The position numbers were made by a program, and so were the translations under genes. Positions 28,399 through 36,304 of a stretch of DNA of 47,572 bases are shown here, piece after piece. The DNA is from an uncultured Clostridia bacterium (GTDB lineage: Bacteria > Bacillota > Clostridia > Peptostreptococcales > Anaerovoracaceae). Numbering within the stretch: position 1 is the stretch's first letter; each line of letters opens with the position of its first letter. The stretch is taken from NCBI GenBank assembly GCA_945644815.1, contig CALZFA010000001.1, forward strand, positions 1 through 47,572, written 5' to 3'. The notes beneath the pieces are model-generated. The model was not told where the DNA came from. It did no database searches and worked only from the letters and a program-made list of their open reading frames with translations.

Positions 28399-28687
28399 CG
28401 TCCTTTCTCAAGGATGTGCTGCTGCCTTCGCAGTCACCGGCGCTGCCGGAATCACAGCAGTTGTCAGTTTCATAATAGGCCTCATCCCTCTGCAGAATCT
28501 TAGCCATAACAACCTTGGCCAGCAGAATCAGTGCCCAGCCACCGGCAAAACCGATTATCAAATCGAATCCCGGCACCGTGTTCCACAACATATGGTAATG
28601 AGGATGGGCAAAAAGAACTTCAATTATAACCGTTAACGCCATTACGCCTGCAAGGAGAAGATAAACTGATTTTTTCTTTTTAAACAA
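28382..28687 (-). CDS. small 2-3 TM membrane protein with a Cys-rich acidic tail (probable TTG start at 28687)
   Basis: GGAGGTGG lies 8 nt upstream of the TTG. KKKK precedes the first TM segment. The gene sits between two antiporter-like subunit genes. Confidence 0.5.
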   Translation of the reverse strand: MFKKKKSVYLLLAGVMALTVIIEVLFAHPHYHMLWNTVPGFDLIIGFAGGWALILLAKVVMAKILQRDEAYYETDNCCDSGSAGDCEGSSTSLRKDGEGNV

Positions 28688-30230
28688 TTGCTCCACCTCC
28701 TCCGGATATGGACTCAGCAGCAATAACCGCCAAGTCATAAAGATGCGGACCCGCGTCAGGCATTATGCCCAGCACCAGCGATACTACCGCTGTTATAACT
28801 ATAGGAATAAGCATGGCCGGTGCAGCATCATTGTATCCGGCATGTCCGCCATACTTCTCTCCCACAGTCTGAGCATGTCCGGAAATTTCCGCAGATCTGT
28901 CGCTCTTTCCAAAGAAAACACGTACCACCGGAATCAGATAGCTCAGAGCCAGAAGTGCCGCCGCTACCAGCACGGCGACAAAAAGAGGTTTGCCCGCAAT
29001 CAATGCGCCTCTTATTATATTAAACTTGCTTACAAATCCGGCAAGCAACGGAAGACCTGCAATCCCAAGAGATGCCAGACCGAAGCAGGCGCAGGTTACA
29101 GGCATCTTTTTTGCCAGACCGCCCATAGTGCTTATCTCAGACAGACCCGTTGTCACATATATAGCCCCCGCGCACATAAACAGAGTAATCTTCAGAAATG
29201 CATGAGCCACAATGTGAAACATTGCACCGGTAATACTGTATGGCGCCAGCACGCTGATTCCCAGCACAATGTAAGAAAGCTGGCCAATAGTGGAGAAGGC
29301 CAAACGCGCCTTGAGATTATCCTTCCTCATTGCGATAAAAGATGATAACAGAATAGTAGCCACAGCAAACCATGCAAGGATTTTGTCGGCACCGCACCAT
29401 CCTGCGGCCTCAGGGCCGAATACATAACATACCACTCTCAGCACACAGAAGGCTCCCGCCTTTACTACCGCCACCGCATGAAGCAGTGCACTCACCGGAG
29501 TAGGGGCTACCATAGCAGAAGGCAGCCAGCCGTGAAGAGGCATAATACCTGCCTTGACAGCTCCTCCGCCAATCATCAGTAAAAACAACATGAGCATAAG
29601 CCCCGTACTGACACTTCCGGGATCTATGAATCCCCCCGCCTTAAATTCGCAGGTTCCGTAGATCACATAAACAGCTGCAACAGCCGCAAAAAACAGCTGT
29701 CCGCTGATAAGTGTATAGGCGAGATATTTTCTTCCGGAAGCCCTCGCCTTATCATCGCGGTAATGCACTACCAAAGGGTATGTGGCCACCGTAAGCATTT
29801 CGTAGAAAATAAAGAATGTCAGCAAATTTGCAGCAAAGGAAATTCCTATTGTCGATGAAAGGCACACTGCAAAGGCCGCAAAGTATCCTGTCTGATTTTT
29901 TTCATGATGACCCCTCATATATCCGATTGAATACACGGAGGTGACAATCCACAGCCCCGACGCAACGCAGGCAAATATCATACCTGCAGCATCTGTCCGG
30001 AAAGCCAGCTCTACGCCGTCAACAATTTCCCACAGGCAGAAGTAATACTCATTACCGGCAAGAACCGCCGGCACCATAGAAAACACCAAAACCGCCTTGA
30101 TAACGGCTGCTGACAGGGTTATACCCTCCCTCACGTTAGGCCTCACATTGTTTCCGAAGAAGAGTATGAGAAGTGCTGCAAGAAGAGAAATAACAACAGC
30201 AAGAAAAGGTTTTATACTTAATATCGTCAT
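28680..30230 (-). CDS. MrpD/NuoM-N family antiporter-like subunit (second copy)
   Basis: 516 aa and polytopic, with WLPSAMVAPTPVSALLHA and HAFLKITLFMCAG motifs. Confidence 0.85.
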   Translation of the reverse strand: MTILSIKPFLAVVISLLAALLILFFGNNVRPNVREGITLSAAVIKAVLVFSMVPAVLAGNEYYFCLWEIVDGVELAFRTDAAGMIFACVASGLWIVTSVYSIGYMRGHHEKNQTGYFAAFAVCLSSTIGISFAANLLTFFIFYEMLTVATYPLVVHYRDDKARASGRKYLAYTLISGQLFFAAVAAVYVIYGTCEFKAGGFIDPGSVSTGLMLMLFLLMIGGGAVKAGIMPLHGWLPSAMVAPTPVSALLHAVAVVKAGAFCVLRVVCYVFGPEAAGWCGADKILAWFAVATILLSSFIAMRKDNLKARLAFSTIGQLSYIVLGISVLAPYSITGAMFHIVAHAFLKITLFMCAGAIYVTTGLSEISTMGGLAKKMPVTCACFGLASLGIAGLPLLAGFVSKFNIIRGALIAGKPLFVAVLVAAALLALSYLIPVVRVFFGKSDRSAEISGHAQTVGEKYGGHAGYNDAAPAMLIPIVITAVVSLVLGIMPDAGPHLYDLAVIAAESISGGGGAIV

Positions 30231-30233
30231 TCT

Positions 30234-31760
30234 TTAAAGCACCTCCATTATCGTAGTTCTCAGTATACCGTTTACTATAAATGAATTGCCCAGTCCCAAG
30301 GCGATTATCATAAGAGCGGCAGACACGATAGGAATCAGCATTTGCAAAGGCACTTCGGTCTTTCCTGTCAATTTTCCATATCCGTAATATTCTTCCGGTG
30401 CAGCAGGCTCCGAAACAGTCTTTTCTCCCATGAACATTTTCTCAAATATTCTGAAAAAATAGATGGCACTGAGCAGACTGCTTATTATTAGCACGGCCAC
30501 ATATAAATACTGTCCGTTCTGAATAGCTCCCAAGGCAAGATACCATTTGCCGAAGAATCCGGCAAAGGGCGGCAGCCCTATCATGGAAAGAGCAAGCACA
30601 ACCAGCGCTCCGCATGTCACCGGCATTTTGCGATACACCTGTCCCAGCCGGTCAGTGTAGTGAATTCCGTATCGATACTTAAAGGCAGCTGAGGTATAGA
30701 AGAGCCCGGTCTTCATAAATGCATGGCTCAAAATGTGAAATACGGCACCGGCTATTCCGTAGAAATTACCTATGGCAAAGCCCAGGGCTATATATCCCAC
30801 CTGTCCTATGCTGGAATATGCAAGAATTTTGTTGTACTTATCATAACGCAGTGCTTTGAGGGAACCGTAAAGTATTCCCAGTACCGCCATAATCCCTATT
30901 ATATTGAAAATTGTTTTCATCATCGGCAGACTGCTGTCGAAGATGCAGAAGAAAAACCTGAACATTGCATAGGCAGGTATTTTTATCATCACTCCTGCTA
31001 TCATCGGGTCGGCGGCAGGATGAGCATATGAGTGTGCCGCCGGCTGCCAGCCATGGAGGGGGAACAGAGCCATCTTAATTCCGAAGCCCACAATAAGGCA
31101 GGCCATTGCAATGGCAATAAGAGGTAAATTATCTACCCTCTGAAGGCGAACCGCCAGGTCTGCCATATTGAGAGTTCCTGTTGCCGAATACAAAAATCCT
31201 ATTCCCAGCAGATACATGGATGCTCCGATTGTTCCCGTCAACAGGTATCTGAAAGCCGCAATCGGTCCCTTTTCTTCACCGATAGCAATCAGTCCGTATC
31301 CCGAAAGAGCTACGATTTCCATAAAAACATACAGGTTGAAAGCGTCACCTGTTGAAGCAATACCTAAAAGGCCTATTACAAGGAAACAAAGTATTGAATA
31401 ATATCCCGCACTTTTGAATGGCGCATTTTTGTCCGCTTCTTCAAAGGGGCTGCTGAACAGAGCTGTCATAGCTCCTATAAAGCTTACCAGCACTATTATG
31501 ATTCCGTTTACTCCGTCAATTACAAATTCAACACCATAAGGGGGCTCCCAGCCTCCCAGATAGTAGTGCACCGCTTCCCCGGACTGCACTATACCTGCAA
31601 GCTGAATCAGACTCAGAACAAAGACAACGAAAAGAAACACAATTACGGTTCTTTTCCCAAGAGACGGACTCAGACGACTGAGCAGAGGACACAAGACAGC
31701 TGCACATAATGGAATGACTACTATCAGAACAGGAATATGGGATATGAAAAATAAATTCAT
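30234..31760 (-). CDS. MrpD/NuoM-N family antiporter-like subunit (first copy)
   Basis: Polytopic, with LHGWQPAAHSYAHPAADP and HAFMKTGLF motifs. ATGA overlap with mrpC. Confidence 0.85.
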   Translation of the reverse strand: MNLFFISHIPVLIVVIPLCAAVLCPLLSRLSPSLGKRTVIVFLFVVFVLSLIQLAGIVQSGEAVHYYLGGWEPPYGVEFVIDGVNGIIIVLVSFIGAMTALFSSPFEEADKNAPFKSAGYYSILCFLVIGLLGIASTGDAFNLYVFMEIVALSGYGLIAIGEEKGPIAAFRYLLTGTIGASMYLLGIGFLYSATGTLNMADLAVRLQRVDNLPLIAIAMACLIVGFGIKMALFPLHGWQPAAHSYAHPAADPMIAGVMIKIPAYAMFRFFFCIFDSSLPMMKTIFNIIGIMAVLGILYGSLKALRYDKYNKILAYSSIGQVGYIALGFAIGNFYGIAGAVFHILSHAFMKTGLFYTSAAFKYRYGIHYTDRLGQVYRKMPVTCGALVVLALSMIGLPPFAGFFGKWYLALGAIQNGQYLYVAVLIISSLLSAIYFFRIFEKMFMGEKTVSEPAAPEEYYGYGKLTGKTEVPLQMLIPIVSAALMIIALGLGNSFIVNGILRTTIMEVL

Positions 31761-32137
31761 TTTTTCCACCTCTTTCCTGTTATGTCTTCTTCTTCGATGC
31801 TGCCGTAGATTTCCTTAATCTTCATAAGCAATGCCAGTGCCACCCCGGTGGTTCCGAGGCTGACCACAATAGCAGTCAACATAAGAGCGTGAGGCAGAGG
31901 ATTGATATATGCATCCGCACCGAGAAGATTTTCTACAACCACCGGGAGAGTTCCATGCTCCTTCTGTCCAAGAGCCAGGAAAAAAAATATAATGGAAACC
32001 TGCATGATATTCATGCACATGATTTTTTTCATATAGTTACCGCTGGAAACCATGCCAAAAATACCCAATCCCATAAGGATGAAGGTCATCATGTATATTC
32101 CCTTTTCTGCTAAAAATGTTTCTATTATGTCAATCAT
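31757..32137 (-). CDS. mrpC: MrpC/MnhC (NuoK-like) subunit
   Basis: 3 TM segments. INPLPHALMLTAIVVSLG motif. Confidence 0.8.
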   Translation of the reverse strand: MIDIIETFLAEKGIYMMTFILMGLGIFGMVSSGNYMKKIMCMNIMQVSIIFFFLALGQKEHGTLPVVVENLLGADAYINPLPHALMLTAIVVSLGTTGVALALLMKIKEIYGSIEEEDITGKRWKK

Positions 32138-32915
32138 CAAATTCTGTCCTTTCCAGCACCACTTCAAGAATGTTTATAATGGTCGCCATTACGCAGACCA
32201 CAACGCCTATTTCAATTAACAGTATTCCCGTACCGTGAAGCTGTCTTATCTGTTCTGCCGTATCCGCTCCAAAAGGCAGTTTGCCATACTCGAGGAAATT
32301 ACCACTGCCTGCCATAGGTAAAAGACCCGTGAGAATGTAAATAAAAACCCCCACACCGGCAATCACGGCTGCCGTCTCCTCTTTCAGATTCCCAAGACTG
32401 CTGTTGAAACTTGGGATAATCCTGTCTATCATGTATGCGATTGCAAGGAGCGCCCCTGCCTGGAATCCTCCTCCCAGGCTTAATTCTCCGTGAACCAATA
32501 CATAAAAAGCATATATTACAATAACAGGAACAATTATGCGGAAGGCTATATCCAGCACGGTGCTGCCGAAACTTATCTGCAGTCTTTCCTTCCTGCTCCT
32601 TTCAGGTTTAGTGACCTTGGCTGTGGTTGAAAGCACCATAAGAGCAGTGACTCCTGCCAGAAACATTACACATGTCTCAAAGAGAGTATCAAACCCTCTG
32701 TAATCGGCCAGCACTGCTGTTACCATGTTGTGTGCCCCCGTGTCCTCCAAAGAGTTTTCTATATAGTAGTCTGAAAGATACGTGTGCACAGGTGCTTTTG
32801 CGTCATCCACAGCAGGCAGCAAATCGGGGAACAAAAAGAAAACACCTATAACGACTGCAATTACGAAAAATACACCAACAATCTTTTTTCTATCCTTGTT
32901 TCTGTCCATATTCAT
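32130..32915 (-). CDS. mrpB: MnhB-domain subunit (MrpB-like)
   Basis: NMVTAVLADYRGFDTLFE motif. Confidence 0.8.
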   Translation of the reverse strand: MNMDRNKDRKKIVGVFFVIAVVIGVFFLFPDLLPAVDDAKAPVHTYLSDYYIENSLEDTGAHNMVTAVLADYRGFDTLFETCVMFLAGVTALMVLSTTAKVTKPERSRKERLQISFGSTVLDIAFRIIVPVIVIYAFYVLVHGELSLGGGFQAGALLAIAYMIDRIIPSFNSSLGNLKEETAAVIAGVGVFIYILTGLLPMAGSGNFLEYGKLPFGADTAEQIRQLHGTGILLIEIGVVVCVMATIINILEVVLERTEFDD

Positions 32916-33160
32916 TTACACCGCCTGCTGATAGATTTAATGGCAATAATAAAGTAAACTGTTGATATTACACCGATTACAGCCTCAGTAAAGGCTACGT
33001 CCGCCGCTCCTGCCAAAATATAAAGAATCATAGCTGAGAAGCTGAAGGCACAATATATGATGGTTAATGCCAGCAGATCCTTTCCGAAAATAATTACTAT
33101 AGTTATTGCGATAAGCAGGAGAAGAAATGCTCCCTCAAGTAAAATCGGAGACATCAGCAT
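32912..33160 (-). CDS. MbhD/DUF4040-like small subunit (MrpA C-terminal / MrpB N-terminal-like)
   Basis: 82 aa, 3 TM segments, GAADVAFTEAVIGV motif. Confidence 0.65.
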   Translation of the reverse strand: MLMSPILLEGAFLLLLIAITIVIIFGKDLLALTIIYCAFSFSAMILYILAGAADVAFTEAVIGVISTVYFIIAIKSISRRCK

Positions 33161-33474
33161 CCACTCCCTTCTTTTTCATCTGCGTTTTTTGCGTTCTCTT
33201 TGTAAGCAACCCTATCAACTATATGTGTTCCGATAGGTCCTGCCAACATTGAAACAAACATAACCAGAAGAATTTTTATTCCTGTTGTATCAAAGCCCTG
33301 GTAAATAAAAAGGCCTATACAACACAGGCTTATCCCCAGGGACTGTCCCAGACCTATAGCGTGAAGCCGGCTGTAAAAATCCGGAAACCTCAGTATGCCG
33401 ATTACCGATGAAGTCATAAAAAACAACCCGGCAATGATAAATATTACCGTAAATACACATCTAATTTCCGTCAT
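33154..33474 (-). CDS. mrpG: MrpG/MnhG subunit
   Basis: GILRFPDFYSRLHAIGLGQSLG motif. GGAGG RBS. Confidence 0.8.
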   Translation of the reverse strand: MTEIRCVFTVIFIIAGLFFMTSSVIGILRFPDFYSRLHAIGLGQSLGISLCCIGLFIYQGFDTTGIKILLVMFVSMLAGPIGTHIVDRVAYKENAKNADEKEGSGC

Positions 33475-33742
33475 CTTTTTCGCCTCCTTCTCCGCTCATA
33501 AACTTGGCGACTATGACCGAGCTGACAAAGCCCAGAATCGCAAAGGAAAGAGCAATGTCCACATACATTTCTTTCCGGCCGTCCACAAAACCGATCATCA
33601 TAAGAAAAAGTGTCACATTTGCACTCATGGCCAGAATGGCCGCAAAACAATTATAAAAGCCCCGTTTTTTGAAAAGCATAAAAAGCAGGGGAAAAGAAAG
33701 CAAAACAGATGCAACAAGGCATATAATTAAAATAATCTGCAT
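33461..33742 (-). CDS. mrpF: MrpF/MnhF subunit
   Basis: 3 TM segments. DIALSFAILGFVSSVIVAKF motif. AGGAGAG before ATG 33742. Confidence 0.75.
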   Translation of the reverse strand: MQIILIICLVASVLLSFPLLFMLFKKRGFYNCFAAILAMSANVTLFLMMIGFVDGRKEMYVDIALSFAILGFVSSVIVAKFMSGEGGEKDDGN

Positions 33743-33767
33743 ATTTATCTCTCCTTTCAAATACATG

Positions 33768-34361
33768 CTATCCTGCAGCTGCGGAAATATCCGTGGCTTC
33801 AGACTGTGTCAACGGAACAAAACTGCAGGTTTCGCCGTAAAGGGCAGCTATTTTACGCTGCATAACGCCTGTCATGAGCCCTCCGGCTGTAGCCTCCGTA
33901 AGGGCGTGTACCTGGAAAACCCCCTCGTCGTCAACATCAAGGGTAATAGTACCCGGCGTAAGAGTAATGGATGTAGAAAGCAACGCTGCTGCCGTTGGGT
34001 TTTCATAGTCCATTTTGAAATAAATCACGTGGGGCTTTACATCGGACTTTTTGAAAGCAGCCTTCGTCACTGCAAGTCCCGAAAGGAAAATTTCCTTTAA
34101 AAGCCACAAAAAAAATGCAGTGAACTTAAATATATTTACATTCAGCAGAAAAAAAACCTTTCCGCTTTTTTCATTTTTCACCGTGAGAAAAGGCGCACAG
34201 ACATAGGCCGTCAACAGAGAAAACCCTGCGCCCATAACAAGAAACTCTGGGTCTTCATTGCCTGAAAGAAGCAGCCAAATGATAAAAACAAATGTACTCA
34301 ACTCAACAAAACAGGTCAATGGAGACCCATTGACCTTAAAATTCCCTAAATTAAATTTCAT
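33768..34361 (-). CDS. mrpE: MrpE/MnhE subunit
   Basis: SITLTPGTITLDV motif. First gene of the cluster. Confidence 0.8.
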   Translation of the reverse strand: MKFNLGNFKVNGSPLTCFVELSTFVFIIWLLLSGNEDPEFLVMGAGFSLLTAYVCAPFLTVKNEKSGKVFFLLNVNIFKFTAFFLWLLKEIFLSGLAVTKAAFKKSDVKPHVIYFKMDYENPTAAALLSTSITLTPGTITLDVDDEGVFQVHALTEATAGGLMTGVMQRKIAALYGETCSFVPLTQSEATDISAAAG

Positions 34362-34382
34362 AGAATCCTCCGTTATTAACTG

Positions 34383-34412
34383 ATTATACTATCAGGCAAT
34401 GATGCCTGTCAA
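34383..34412 (-). promoter_or_regulatory. near-consensus sigma-A promoter of the mrp-like operon (TTGACA-18-TATAAT)
   Basis: Minus strand reads TTGACAGGCATCATTGCCTGATAGTATAAT. The spacer contains the palindrome CAGGCA-TCAT-TGCCTG. Confidence 0.65.
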
Positions 34413-34489
34413 GAAATATTAGCATTTTCTTAACATCAAAACACCTGTTTACTTTTTGTTCGTGCTGTGCTAAAATAAGTTAATAAAAG

Positions 34490-34501
34490 GAAAATATGTT
34501 C
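34490..34501 (+). promoter_or_regulatory. LexA (SOS) box GAAAATATGTTC
   Basis: 11 of 12 positions match the Firmicute core GAACATATGTTC. It lies 19 nt upstream of the lexA ATG. Confidence 0.6.
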
Positions 34502-34519
34502 ATGGAGAGGTGAGGTTTT

Positions 34520-35185
34520 ATGCTGAAAGAAAGAGAAAAGCGTATACTGGATTATATGAAGGAGGAAATCAGGACAAAAGGCTATCCTCCCACGGTTAGA
34601 GAAATCGGTGCCGCATTGGGTATTAAATCAACTTCCACCACTCATAAGGATATTGAAAGCCTGGTAAGGCAAGGCTATCTTGTAAAGGACCCGTCTAAAC
34701 CTCGTGCGCTTATGGTAGTTGATCCATACGAAAAGAACGGTCATGTAAATGTTTCCTCCGGTAATTCCGACGCGGTTCACGGGGTTTTCCCTGAAACCGA
34801 AATCGCAGAGATACCAATTGTGGGAAGAGTTGCTGCGGGAACACCTATTCTTGCTGATGAGAACATAGAAGGTTCTTTTCCTGTTCCTGCCAGATTTGCC
34901 GGTACCGGCACCAGTTTTATGCTTCGTGTAAGAGGCGAAAGCATGATTGAGGCCGGAATAATGGACGGAGATCTGATTCTGGTCCATCAGACCACAGAGG
35001 CCAATAACGGCGAAATTGTAGTAGCCATGATCGACGGCTTTGAAAGCGAAGCCACAGTCAAGACTTTCTATAAAGAAGACGGTCACATCAGACTTCAGCC
35101 GGAGAACAGTGCCATGAGCCCGATAATAGTAAAAGACGCCACTATTCTGGGAAAGGTGAAAGGCGTCTTCAGATATTTTTCTTAG
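34520..35185 (+). CDS. lexA: LexA repressor
   Basis: N-terminal wHTH (GYPPTVREIGAALG), cleavage site VAAG, and catalytic residues in GESM and VKTF. Confidence 0.95.
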   Translation: MLKEREKRILDYMKEEIRTKGYPPTVREIGAALGIKSTSTTHKDIESLVRQGYLVKDPSKPRALMVVDPYEKNGHVNVSSGNSDAVHGVFPETEIAEIPIVGRVAAGTPILADENIEGSFPVPARFAGTGTSFMLRVRGESMIEAGIMDGDLILVHQTTEANNGEIVVAMIDGFESEATVKTFYKEDGHIRLQPENSAMSPIIVKDATILGKVKGVFRYFS

Positions 35186-35186
35186 A

Positions 35187-35256
35187 TAAAAAACAATCCC
35201 CTATAGCTGTCCTGAAAAAATATATCAGCCGATTAATGGGGATTTTTTAATTGTTT
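35187..35256. terminator. A-run / AATCCCC ... GGGGATT / T-run hairpin with a 36-nt loop between convergent lexA and the lysO-like gene
   Basis: Read directly. The large loop is atypical for a terminator. Confidence 0.4.
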
Positions 35257-35262
35257 ACTGCA

Positions 35263-36270
35263 CTATCCGATGAAAAGCGGTACCAGCAAAGGTACTGCAG
35301 CACTCATCATCATTCCCATACAAAAAGAATATACCACAGTCTCCGGTCTGCAAGATCTTTCAACAATAGGCATGCATATATCCATGGCTGCTACTCCGGG
35401 AATGGCCGTCGCTTCAAGATAGCCGATTTTCTGTGCTGCCAGCGGAATTATTATTATTCCCAAGGTCTCACGAATTACATTGTGCATAAATGACACGGCT
35501 CCTGCCACCGCATGACCGGCCTCTGCAATTGCCCCCGGAGCAAAGGTGTACCATCCGAATCCGGCACTGACAGCCACCGCCTCTCTCACTGTCAAAGACG
35601 AAATCATACCGTAAAGAGCTCCAAATACAAGGCTTCCTATAATGGCCGCAATGGGAACCAAGATCACCCTGATTCCTGCTGTTTTCAAACTTCTGATTAC
35701 GTTTCCGTCAAGACCGAGATTAAATCCTACAAATCCCAGCAGTATGCATATTCCGACTACCAGCCAGTTCCCCGACATTTCCTGAAATAATGCAGTATCG
35801 ACAAAAACCCTGGGTATCAGCAGGTATCCTGTAATCATTCCTGCAGCAACACAGATGAGAATAAAAACGGTTGTTTTAGCCGCGCCGTCTTTCTGCTCAG
35901 TCTTTTCCAAAGCTGATTCCTCTGCTTCGGCTGCTTCTTGAATCAGCTCCTCAAGTTCGCGGTTTTCTTCAATCCCGGGCGCAACTCCCTGTCTGTTCAG
36001 TCCGGTAATCTTCCTCAGAACCGTTACCGCCGCCATGCTCCCCAAAACGGTAAAAAACGTGATCAGAACTGCTTGAATCCCGATTGTTCCAAGGCTTGAT
36101 GTGACTTCTTTATTGGCACCCATTCTCAGCCCCATTATGAATACAAGTATGTAAATCACAGCATTCAGCGCTCCGCCGATAAATCCAAAAGAGTCTTTAC
36201 GGCTGTCAAGCCTGGAGGCGGCTATGTAACATAATATCATTATTCCCCAATACAAAAACAAAAGCTTCAT
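35263..36270 (-). CDS. LysO/YbjE-family (DUF340) membrane protein, paralog 2
   Basis: Two hydrophobic halves joined by an acidic linker (EELIQEAAEAEESALEKTEQ). C-terminal half contains GFGWYTFAPG...IPLAAQKIGYLE. Confidence 0.65.
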   Translation of the reverse strand: MKLLFLYWGIMILCYIAASRLDSRKDSFGFIGGALNAVIYILVFIMGLRMGANKEVTSSLGTIGIQAVLITFFTVLGSMAAVTVLRKITGLNRQGVAPGIEENRELEELIQEAAEAEESALEKTEQKDGAAKTTVFILICVAAGMITGYLLIPRVFVDTALFQEMSGNWLVVGICILLGFVGFNLGLDGNVIRSLKTAGIRVILVPIAAIIGSLVFGALYGMISSLTVREAVAVSAGFGWYTFAPGAIAEAGHAVAGAVSFMHNVIRETLGIIIIPLAAQKIGYLEATAIPGVAAMDICMPIVERSCRPETVVYSFCMGMMMSAAVPLLVPLFIG

Positions 36271-36304
36271 AACGTCTTTCCTTTCCGGCATTATTGCGGT
36301 ATCT

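Noticed and set aside
20780-34361. The idea that HydABC and the Mrp/Mbh-ordered module form one membrane-bound hydrogenase operon.
   Set aside because: The infC-rpmI-rplT operon lies between them, with its own promoter, attenuator and two terminators. HydABC is the soluble NuoE/F-type complex, and no NuoB/C/D/H/I-like connecting subunits are present. The proximity is noted but not taken as functional evidence.
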